Shown: one piece after another, positions 25,083 through 32,000 of the stretch
How the letters are laid out: each line of letters starts with the position of its first letter
Position numbering within the stretch: the stretch's first letter is position 1
Source of the DNA: Acaryochloris marina MBIC11017
GTDB taxonomy: Bacteria; Cyanobacteriota; Cyanobacteriia; Thermosynechococcales; Thermosynechococcaceae
Assembly: GCF_000018105.1 (NCBI RefSeq)
Contig: NC_009929.1
Span: 194,681-226,680, forward strand
Reading direction: 5' to 3'
DNA length: 32,000 nt
Made by a program: the position numbers and the translations under genes
Notes under the pieces: model-generated
Told to the model about the DNA's origin: nothing
Databases searched by the model: none
The model's input: only the letters and a program-made list of their open reading frames with translations

Positions 25083-25844
25083 TTGAAATTAATAAATCAA
25101 TATCAAATGGCTAAAACAATTTACATCTATCCCAGACCGAATAAACGCTTACATTTTTTTCTAGGCTCAAACAGAGAGAGGTATTTTGGAAGAACCACCA
25201 AAAGTGACGAGTCGGGTAGAGAGGACTTGACTGACAGCATGATCCAAGAGCCCAACCAAGCGAAAAGAAACAGGTTTCTCGCTCTCTGGAGCTTGATCAG
25301 TCCTGGCTGTCTACTTCTAACAGTCGGCTTGTATTATCTTTTGGGGATTCATTGGAACCCAGGCACTCTCGATGCATCGCTGTTAATGATCACGATTTAC
25401 GTCATTTACTGGGGGTTGCTAGGAAGTCTTCAAGGGGCATTGCTCCTCAAGTTTCAATATAAGACCTTGGCATACAAGTGGCTTCGCAACACCAGTGCAA
25501 CTGGCTTTCTCATTATGCTAGTTCATGACCTAACTTTGCTGAGCACTGGCATCAATATGGGTGGACAAGGGGTGCTTATTCTACTCCTAAGCCTACCCAT
25601 TGTAGCTATCTTGGGAGGATGGGTCTTAGGCTACGCTCAATTTTTGCTCCTTAGAGGTCATCATAGCGTGGCATCACAGACCAATCGCCTACCCTTCATG
25701 TGGTTTGTAGCCAGTTTTATATCCTGGATCATGGGTTTTATTGGTATTTTTTTTAGTGGCAGTATCCCCGTTTTCTTTATCCTCTTTGCCGCAGTTGGGG
25801 GTGCTATTAAAGGCTGGGCTGTGATGAAGTATTTAGGTCTGTAG
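25083..25844 (+). CDS. Orphan polytopic membrane protein (start uncertain: TTG 25083, ATG 25107 or ATG 25239)
   Basis: There are at least 5-6 hydrophobic segments (e.g. FLALWSLISPGCLLLTVGLYYLLG, GVLILLLSLPIVAILGGWVLGYAQFLLL, FMWFVASFISWIMGFIGIFFSG). I recognise no family. Confidence 0.5.
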   Translation: MKLINQYQMAKTIYIYPRPNKRLHFFLGSNRERYFGRTTKSDESGREDLTDSMIQEPNQAKRNRFLALWSLISPGCLLLTVGLYYLLGIHWNPGTLDASLLMITIYVIYWGLLGSLQGALLLKFQYKTLAYKWLRNTSATGFLIMLVHDLTLLSTGINMGGQGVLILLLSLPIVAILGGWVLGYAQFLLLRGHHSVASQTNRLPFMWFVASFISWIMGFIGIFFSGSIPVFFILFAAVGGAIKGWAVMKYLGL

Positions 25845-26102
25845 AAAAATTCCACCTGTAAATTTTTCCGCGTTGCATTACCCAGACTCAGTTTTGGAGT
25901 TTTTACAATGGTCTCATGTAACTCAGAATAAGTAGTATCTCCTTATCAATTAAGCCAGATTTTTACCCTAAACCCCAGATTGAGCAAGCGGTTGGACAGT
26001 TTCGCAATCAGGTTTTGCCTAAACTAGATCGCCAGCAACATAAATATTCGACCCATATCTTATTTTCACTAAAACTTAGACAAAAAATTATCGCTACCTC
26101 GT

Positions 26103-26717
26103 TCAAGGATTGAGATCACGGATCCATATATCTTCTTCAATACAACTCTCTTTAGCCCATTCCAATAGATGATTCTGAATCTGGTGTTGTACTTCCAAAG
26201 ACTGACTGGCTATGTTGGCTCGTACACTAAAATAGGCGGTGCCTCCCTGAGGACCATCTGAATTATGGGTAATGCCTGCTAAATAGACAAAATTCCCTGC
26301 ACTAAACGGATTGTTGTTATCGCGAGGGGTACTAACGATATTCGAAATTCTGGCAATAAGACCTTCTTGGTCTGGCGTGTTTAAGGCAAGATGCATCATG
26401 TAAGCCTGCGGCCAATAGAGATAGGTGTTTTGGGCAGCAGAGACAGGCTGCAAAAATTGATTAGATTGGATGCGACCTTGAATGCAGGTCAAATCTTCTA
26501 GGGCTCCTTTGGCGAGAATTTCCATCTCAAATTGGTTTTGTTCGGGCAAAATCAGATTAAACTGAATGGCTTCCACATATAGGTGCTGGAGTTCCAATAA
26601 CCCAGTAACTTTGGCGACTACTCCAGCACGATCTTGCCCTCCCACACGGAATAATAAGGAACGGTTTTGGATATCTAAGTTTTTGACTGTGACCCAATCT
26701 GTGAGGACCTTGTTCAT
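26103..26717 (-). CDS. Tandem ACT-domain protein (GcvR-like regulatory protein)
   Basis: Two ACT-like openings are present: FRVGGQDRAGVVAKVTGLL and LALNTPDQEGLIARISNIV. Confidence 0.5.
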   Translation of the reverse strand: MNKVLTDWVTVKNLDIQNRSLLFRVGGQDRAGVVAKVTGLLELQHLYVEAIQFNLILPEQNQFEMEILAKGALEDLTCIQGRIQSNQFLQPVSAAQNTYLYWPQAYMMHLALNTPDQEGLIARISNIVSTPRDNNNPFSAGNFVYLAGITHNSDGPQGGTAYFSVRANIASQSLEVQHQIQNHLLEWAKESCIEEDIWIRDLNP

Positions 26718-26792
26718 ATTTCTAACCCCTTGAACAGCTTGAGACTATTGTCTTACCCCACCTTCACATTGAAACAAAAGGTCTCAGGCTGA

Positions 26793-27068
26793 TCACCCCC
26801 AAACCCTACTCACCCGCTCCCTCTCCAACCACTCTCCAACCATCTCCTCGATCCGCTCCATCGTCTCCGGTGGCCTCAGCTCAATCACTTCCCCAATCTC
26901 AAAGTTTTCCTCAATCTCGACGGTGCACTCACGGCAGAATCCCGGTGTAGCAAACGATTCCTTCACGAAGGGTTTCCCCGTTCCCGCCACAGTAATCCAG
27001 TAACATCCGAAGCCATTCTTAGAAACAGCCAGATACTCCAGCTCCCCTCGTGTCCTGGCTTGCTCTAT
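26793..27068 (-). pseudogene. Remnant or short ORF without ATG (GTG at 26990), apparently paralogous to the ORF at 29493-29750
   Basis: The frame is open from 27068 and reads ..GELEYLAVSKNGFGCYWITVAGTGKPFVKESFATPGFCRECTVEIEE... A second frame upstream (to ~27160) reads ..AVTGTRREFEELVAGR.., which suggests a frameshifted longer gene. Confidence 0.3.
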
Positions 27069-27216
27069 CTAATCCTTCTGTCGCAGCTCCAGATTACGAT
27101 CCGGCCTGCTACCAATTCCTCGAACTCACGCCTAGTACCAGTAACCGCAGAATAGTGCTTGAGATTACATAAATCCTGTATTAGTCAAGAAACTGTAACT
27201 AAACATAATTATTTCA

Positions 27217-27245
27217 TTGACATTTTGTTACACTTTTGTTACATT
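27217..27245 (+). promoter_or_regulatory. hli promoter (TTGACA-N17-TACATT) overlapped by an HLR1-like direct repeat (candidate RpaB site)
   Basis: TTGACA lies at 27217-27222 and TACATT at 27240-27245. The direct repeats are TTTTGTTACA at 27223-27232 and 27234-27243, with GTTACA at 27227 and 27238. The period is 11 nt, against 10 nt in the canonical HLR1. Confidence 0.5.
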
Positions 27246-27292
27246 CAGACACATCAGACCACAACACACATGATTTATCGGAGTCCAAAGAC

Positions 27293-27436
27293 ATGAATTC
27301 ATCTGGCAATTTCTTCGGCTTTAACCCTTTTGCTGAGGCTTGGAGTGGTCGTCTAGCAATGGTCGGTTTTTATTTAGCTATTGCAATTGAATTAGTTACT
27401 GGTAAAGGTGTTCTACATTTCTGGGGTTTGATGTAA
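27293..27436 (+). CDS. hli: High-light-inducible protein (one-helix CAB/ELIP/HLIP family)
   Basis: [32 protein letters not shown] contains the E..NGR.AM-type chlorophyll-binding helix. ATG 27293 is preceded by GGAG, and the tool start at 27236 is less likely. Confidence 0.85.
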   Translation: MNSSGNFFGFNPFAEAWSGRLAMVGFYLAIAIELVTGKGVLHFWGLM

Positions 27437-27499
27437 TCCCTCAAATATGTCTTTCGTTACTGAACATCTATAAACCGCTCATCTGGAGATTTAACTGTT

Positions 27500-27652
27500 A
27501 TGAATTCTCAGTCTTCCTTCACAGGATTTAGCGCCTTTTCCGAAACTTGGAATGGCCGTCTTGCAATGATTGGTTTCACCCTAGCCTTGATTACTGAAGC
27601 ACTTACTGGGGAAGGCATTATTGGTCAAATTATTTCTTGGTTTACTTTCTAA
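27500..27652 (+). CDS. hli: Second high-light-inducible protein (50 aa; below the ORF-track cutoff)
   Basis: My own translation is MNSQSSFTGFSAFSETWNGRLAMIGFTLALITEALTGEGIIGQIISWFTF. It carries the ETWNGRLAM motif, and GGAG lies at 27484-27487. Confidence 0.85.
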   Translation: MNSQSSFTGFSAFSETWNGRLAMIGFTLALITEALTGEGIIGQIISWFTF

Positions 27653-27930
27653 AGACTTTTGTAATTTTATCCTCTCAATTTAGTCTTACTTACACATCTG
27701 TATAGGTAAATTTGTCTGGCCCACTTCCAAAGTTTAACTTTGTCGGGTCGGTTAAGGCGAAACTTATAGCAGTCAGTAATATTAGGGATTTGCTAGCAGC
27801 AGTGCGGTACAAGTAATCGTTTTAGTGTTTGCTTTCAAGATTGACTGGTTTTTTCTGGTTCAATTTTCAAGCCCATACACCAATTGCTAGATCTCTACTC
27901 TACACACATTGATAATTTAGGATGAGTATC

Positions 27931-28164
27931 ATGTCGATTTACGTTGGTAACCTCTCTTATGCCGTTACAGAGAAAGATCTAAAAATTGCTTTTGCACAAT
28001 ATGGTGCGGTAAAACAGGTCAAGCTCCCCATTGACCGCGAGACAGGCAAGAAGCAAGGCTTTGCTTTTGTAGAAATGGATAATGATGCTGAAGAAGCCAA
28101 AGCAATCAAAAAACTGGACGGAGGTGAGTGGATGGGAAAGACTCTCACAATAAATAAGGCATAA
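27931..28164 (+). CDS. rbp: RRM-type RNA-binding protein (cyanobacterial Rbp, short type without Gly-rich tail)
   Basis: RNP2 is IYVGNL and RNP1 is KQGFAFVEM. AGGA lies 9 nt upstream of ATG 27931, and an in-frame ATG at 27922 is also possible. Confidence 0.9.
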   Translation: MSIYVGNLSYAVTEKDLKIAFAQYGAVKQVKLPIDRETGKKQGFAFVEMDNDAEEAKAIKKLDGGEWMGKTLTINKA

Positions 28165-28242
28165 CCTCAGGTAAATAGAATGGATAGTGATAATTTTGTT
28201 GTTGGAAACCTCTCCTAGAGACAATTTACATTAAGAGGATCT

Positions 28243-28274
28243 ATCTCATAGCTCAAACCAATGGGCTATGAGAT
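28243..28274 (+). terminator. Perfect 10-bp stem / 12-nt loop hairpin downstream of rbp (possible terminator or processing site; no U-tract)
   Basis: ATCTCATAGC (28243-28252) pairs with GCTATGAGAT (28265-28274). Confidence 0.3.
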
Positions 28275-28646
28275 TACATGATCAGATTTCTCCACTTCAT
28301 CCACACCCAAGATCATGAACTTCATTTCCTCCCTCTGTCATTCATACTGATAGAGCTTTTCACCATCTAACTACTGCATGTACTAAAGGGGAATACCTCT
28401 AGATTTTTACCACTACCGAGATTCTGAGCCTTAAAAACTCAGTGATACACTCGAACAGCAAGGGCAGAATAAGGTATTCCTGATCATAATGCTCCGCTTT
28501 TATAATCGATCTAAAGCTGGATAAAGAACTCACGATACATTTACAAAACTGTGCTCAATTTTCAGCGTCAGTGGTTCTAGCGCTACCTTGGAGTGATGTT
28601 CTGCTGACCTAAGAAACTACCCAAGCATTACATCTTCAACGAATAA

Positions 28647-29471
28647 CTAATTCTGAGCCCAAGAAGGTGGTGGAAGTGGGTCAGGGTCCATCACAGATAG
28701 ATCAACTTCAAACACAACTCTTAAGCCATTATCTTCTACCTGATTAACCTGAAGCTTTCCAGAACGAGTAGCGACTAAAAGGTTTCCCTGCAAATCCCAG
28801 TCTGCCCATTGATACGCATCCAGAATCTCAATGCCTTCATTGGACTGCATCGAATAAAGAACCGACATTCCATCTACTGCTTGATCTTCTCCAAACTCAC
28901 CCCCAGCCAAACCTAAGCTTTCTAAATAAAGGATTCGATGACCTTCAGGTTGTATTTTATAGAGTCGTGCATTCCGATGTTCATCCCACAAGTCATTGGG
29001 TTGCCGCAATGGAGAATCGGCTGTTTCCGTCCATCCCCGATGACGTTCATTGGCAAATTGCACCACTGGAATGGAACTGAGATTGTAAGGAAATGGAACG
29101 TCTATCTTAAGGTGCTCATCACTTTGATCAGGGGGTATGAAATAGTAACCGCGCGTCCATGTACCGCAAGTACCAAAAGCATAGATCGCTCTTAGCCAAG
29201 GTAACTTTGAAATCGCAATGTAGGTTTCACCATGTTCCCAGGTTGCATTGGGCTTGTGGGCAAAATAACACAGGAATCGACCATCGGGTGAAAGGTCAGA
29301 GCGACGGGGATAGATGCGCCCATGTAACCAGGCACCTGGTTCATACGTTTGCTGGGTTAGATCCCACCGACCGACATGGAACCATTTGCTAGGCCCGCGT
29401 CGAAATACTGCAATCACAGGCGCTTCAGAAGCAGGGATACAGTAGATACGGGGTGAATCCATTGCCATCAC
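28647..29471 (-). CDS. Conserved-looking hypothetical protein, function unknown
   Basis: This is a long ORF 21 nt downstream of the small ORF at 29493-29750. It has one TolB/PD40-like element (RSDLSPDGRFLCYFA). I recognise no family. Confidence 0.55.
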   Translation of the reverse strand: MMAMDSPRIYCIPASEAPVIAVFRRGPSKWFHVGRWDLTQQTYEPGAWLHGRIYPRRSDLSPDGRFLCYFAHKPNATWEHGETYIAISKLPWLRAIYAFGTCGTWTRGYYFIPPDQSDEHLKIDVPFPYNLSSIPVVQFANERHRGWTETADSPLRQPNDLWDEHRNARLYKIQPEGHRILYLESLGLAGGEFGEDQAVDGMSVLYSMQSNEGIEILDAYQWADWDLQGNLLVATRSGKLQVNQVEDNGLRVVFEVDLSVMDPDPLPPPSWAQN

Positions 29472-29492
29472 ACCATCATTCCCGATATGATT

Positions 29493-29750
29493 TCACTCCA
29501 CCTCCAGCGAATGTTCAACCAGGAAGCGACCCGCAGACAAAGCCACAAAACTACTCTCATAGAACTCACCGTCAGTATGGACCTGTCTTTCTGGGGTAAT
29601 CACCCAACATTGATATCCCCACTCCAAGGAACATGAGACGCCAACGAGCCAGCCATCTGGGAATCCTACCAAATCAGTCAGTGTCTCTATCGCCATGACA
29701 ACCACGCGGTGAGGCGGCAAATCGTGAAAAAAGTACCATGTTGACACCAT
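29493..29750 (-). CDS. Small hypothetical protein (start ATG 29750 or internal MAIETL)
   Basis: The ORF is co-directional with, and 21 nt upstream of, 28647-29471. Its core WGYQCWVITPERQVHTDGEFYESSFVALSAGRFLVE resembles the remnant at 26793-27068. Confidence 0.45.
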   Translation of the reverse strand: MVSTWYFFHDLPPHRVVVMAIETLTDLVGFPDGWLVGVSCSLEWGYQCWVITPERQVHTDGEFYESSFVALSAGRFLVEHSLEVE

Positions 29751-29769
29751 CTTAGTACAAGATTACTAT
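29741..29769 (+). promoter_or_regulatory. Candidate recA promoter (TTGACA-N17-TACTAT) overlapped by the palindrome TAGTA-N6-TACTA (LexA-box-like)
   Basis: TTGACA lies at 29741-29746, TACTAT at 29764-29769 and TAGTACAAGATTACTA at 29753-29768. The motif matches the cyanobacterial LexA consensus RGTACNNNDGTWCB except at one position (TTAC in place of GTWC). Confidence 0.4.
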
Positions 29770-29811
29770 ATTGGTCTAGCACCCCCATCTTGATCTTTTG
29801 GAGATCCCCTT

Positions 29812-30870
29812 ATGAGTGCCAAAACAGAAATGACCGAGAAGCAAAAAGCCCTCGATTTGGTGATGAAAAACGTGGAAAAGACGTTTGGCAAAGGGGCAAT
29901 CATGCGGCTGGGAGATGCCGCTCGGATGCAGATTGAAACCATCTCTACGGGTGCTTTACCCCTAGATCTAGCCTTGGGCGGAGGGCTCCCCAAAGGTCGG
30001 GTCATTGAAGTGTATGGCCCTGAAAGTTCCGGGAAAACGACGGTGGCCCTCCATGCGATCGCTGAAATCCAAAAATCTGGGGGAGTGGCAGCGTTTGTGG
30101 ACGCGGAACATGCCTTAGATCCGGTTTATGCCGCGGCTTTGGGAGTGGATGTCTCTGAGTTGCTCGTGTGCCAACCGGATTCTGGGGAAATGGCCCTGGA
30201 AGTGGTGGATCAGCTGGTCCGCTCCAGTGCCGTGGATTTAGTGGTCGTCGATTCCGTCGCTGCTCTCACTCCAAGGGCTGAGATTGAAGGGGATATGGGC
30301 GACTCCCATATGGGTTTGCAAGCACGTCTAATGAGCCAAGCTCTGCGCAAGATCACCAGCAACATTTGCAAATCGGGTAGCACCGTCATTTTCCTCAACC
30401 AACTCCGTCAAAAGATTGGGGTCACTTATGGCAGTCCCGAAGTCACCACTGGAGGGAACGCCCTCAAGTTCTATGCGTCCGTTCGCTTGGATATTCGTCG
30501 TGTTCAGACCTTGAAGAAAGGCACAGAGATGTATGGTATCCGGGCAAAAGTGAAGGTCGCTAAGAACAAGGTCGCTCCTCCATTTAAGCTAGCGGAATTT
30601 GACATTCTATTTGGTCAAGGGATTTCCACCGTAGGATGCTTAGTAGACATGGCTGAGGAAGCAGAGGTGATCGTCCGCAAAGGGGCTTGGTATAGCTATG
30701 ACGGCAGCAACATCGGTCAAGGCCGGGAGAATACTATTCAGTACTTTGGAGATCATCCAGAATTTTCTCAGAAGATAGAGCAGCAAGTCCGTCAGAAGCT
30801 TGAGTTAGGGGGCGAAGTATCGGCCAATTCGACCACTCCTGTGGAAGTCGAAGATGAGGAGGCAGCGTAA
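29812..30870 (+). CDS. recA: Recombinase RecA
   Basis: Walker A is GPESSGKTT. Also present are [18 protein letters not shown] and [35 protein letters not shown]. Confidence 0.97.
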   Translation: MSAKTEMTEKQKALDLVMKNVEKTFGKGAIMRLGDAARMQIETISTGALPLDLALGGGLPKGRVIEVYGPESSGKTTVALHAIAEIQKSGGVAAFVDAEHALDPVYAAALGVDVSELLVCQPDSGEMALEVVDQLVRSSAVDLVVVDSVAALTPRAEIEGDMGDSHMGLQARLMSQALRKITSNICKSGSTVIFLNQLRQKIGVTYGSPEVTTGGNALKFYASVRLDIRRVQTLKKGTEMYGIRAKVKVAKNKVAPPFKLAEFDILFGQGISTVGCLVDMAEEAEVIVRKGAWYSYDGSNIGQGRENTIQYFGDHPEFSQKIEQQVRQKLELGGEVSANSTTPVEVEDEEAA

Positions 30871-30879
30871 AAATATTCC

Positions 30880-31257
30880 ATGAATACTCAGGGCAAGAAA
30901 CTATACCCATTTGTCCCCTCTGGACCAAATTTCCAGGAGTCCCTTAAGTTCTTCGTTGAGCTTGGCTTTGAGAAGCTTTGGGAGAATGAGAATGATGGGT
31001 TGGCCGCATTACGTTTTGGTGAAGCACAATTTCTCTTATCCAATATCGATATTCAGGAATGGCAATCAAATCAAATTATTGTCTATGAGGTAGATGATCT
31101 GGAGGCATATTATCTAGAACTTCAGGCTAAGGACATCCCCACCAAATTTCCAGGCCGGAAGATTGGTCCCCCGACCGATTATCCTTGGGGACGCGAAGTC
31201 CAATTTATTGACCCAGGAGGGGTATGCTGGCATGTCAGGCAGTATGAAGGGAATTAG
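30880..31257 (+). CDS. VOC (glyoxalase / bleomycin-resistance) family protein
   Basis: The ~125-aa size and beta-alpha-beta-beta-beta pattern fit the family. The C-terminal block PTDYPWGREVQFIDPGGVCWHV is typical of bleomycin-resistance-like VOC proteins. Confidence 0.7.
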   Translation: MNTQGKKLYPFVPSGPNFQESLKFFVELGFEKLWENENDGLAALRFGEAQFLLSNIDIQEWQSNQIIVYEVDDLEAYYLELQAKDIPTKFPGRKIGPPTDYPWGREVQFIDPGGVCWHVRQYEGN

Positions 31258-31323
31258 GTAAAGTTAATTTCGTAGCAATTGGTCGATACGAATGCCAACC
31301 TGTCAATCAATAACCATTCTCTT

Positions 31324-31608
31324 CTAATCCCCAATCAACCCCAACAAACCCTCCGCAGCCCCCCACTTTCGCTTCCTTCTTTGACACCCCCTCACCAACC
31401 CCTTCAAGGCCATCACCTACACTGAACAGCGAAATCCTTCTGGTATTGTCTCAAACTCATATCTGGGCAACGATATTTGCTGCCGCTGGCATAACTCCTG
31501 CAATGCCCCAATCGGATTTTCTGTCACATCACCAGCCAAGCTCACGGATTCCTCTGGGTCTTCCTCCTGGTCCTCGGCTTGGTCCTGGTCTAGGTGTAGG
31601 ACTCTCAC
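31324..31608 (-). pseudogene. Double-stranded-RNA-binding-motif (DSRM) protein gene disrupted by two frame changes
   Basis: Frame A reads NPIGALQELCQRQQISLPRYEFETIPEGFRCSV, then TAG at 31417-31419. The -1 frame continues GDGLEGVGEGVSKKEAKVGG. Frame A resumes after the C6 run (31359-31364) as GAAEGLLGLIGD, then stops at 31324. Together these rebuild a canonical DSRM (G.G.SKKEA..AA..L..L). Confidence 0.5.
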
Positions 31609-31766
31609 TTGATGTTCTGCTCTGCGAATGGCTCGGTTTCGGGCGCTATCAAGGAGCTTGATTAGGGCATCTTCTGGATCTTCGTTGGGGTAGAGATAGG
31701 TAAGGAATCCAAGCTGTTTCTCCGTTAATCAAACTGTCAGGCTGATGAGGGGCTGGAGATTGCTCA

Positions 31767-31979
31767 TCAGCAGGCAGTGGGTAGTTCTCTTCTAAAGAGA
31801 CTATCTAAATACACACGAGTTGTACGGCGATCTGTTGTGCCATTCTGCATTAGGAATAACGATAGCGCCGCTGAAAGAACCCGACTCTGATCCCAGTCAG
31901 GATGGGTGTCTAAATAACCTCGCAAGGCATCATGTAGCTCTTCAGGGATATCGGCCAATATGCTAATCGTAGTGGACAT
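31767..31979 (-). CDS. DUF2811-like cyanobacterial protein
   Basis: ISILADIPEELHDALRGYLDTHPDWDQSRVLSAALSLFLMQNG....YLDSLF matches the remembered DUF2811 pattern. Confidence 0.6.
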   Translation of the reverse strand: MSTTISILADIPEELHDALRGYLDTHPDWDQSRVLSAALSLFLMQNGTTDRRTTRVYLDSLFRRELPTAC

Positions 31980-32000
31980 GAAGTGGTTACTCTTCTCAAA

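Noticed and set aside
1-32000. I searched by eye for CRISPR arrays, tRNA/rRNA genes, and known defence or toxin-antitoxin signatures.
   Set aside because: I saw no regularly spaced repeats, no tRNA-like T-arm/anticodon architecture, and no recognisable defence-system domains. Their absence cannot be proven without tRNAscan, Infernal or HMM searches.

Overview
This is a chromosomal segment that is almost certainly cyanobacterial. The HIP1 octamer GCGATCGC recurs at 1443-1450, 5412-5419, 9883-9890, 16122-16129, 18184-18191, 20379-20386 and 30055-30062, and tandem hli genes, an RRM-type rbp, nifJ/PFOR and a DUF2811 gene are present. I support about 35 protein-coding features, no rRNA or tRNA genes, and no CRISPR array.

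Main blocks, in order:
- (a) A PAO-like Rieske oxygenase gene is split exactly at a TA by a 1.2-kb IS630-family element. Its transposase needs a -1 shift on A AAA AAC.
- (b) A lipid-related stretch holds a SAM methyltransferase, an EEP-family phosphoesterase plus a cardiolipin-synthase-like PLD, an MGAT-like acyltransferase and an alpha/beta hydrolase.
- (c) A DJ-1/PfpI-like domain lacking the catalytic Cys-His is fused to a ferritin-like helical domain and sits next to a DUF5335-like gene.
- (d) A long minus-strand array runs nifJ, OB-like lipoprotein, ETHE1-type persulfide dioxygenase, rhodanese-DUF2892, SulP-STAS permease, then a collapsed YeeE/DUF6691 pair.
- (e) A small accessory island between nifJ and an Old-Yellow-Enzyme gene carries a tyrosine recombinase, two translationally coupled orphan genes (a Cys-rich basic protein and an acidic protein) and an Rpn/DUF4351 nuclease.
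- (f) The remainder holds orphan lipoprotein and membrane genes, an ACT-domain protein, hli-hli, rbp, two unknown genes, recA with a LexA-box-like palindrome, a VOC protein, a frame-disrupted dsRBD gene and DUF2811.

The observation most worth follow-up is a 130-bp segment bounded by a perfect 18-bp inverted repeat. It lies 14 nt from the recombinase stop codon and about 190 nt upstream of nifJ, so it is either an invertible switch or a MITE. I see no recognisable defence system or other clear novel multi-gene system. All calls come from reading motifs by eye, and no searches were run.
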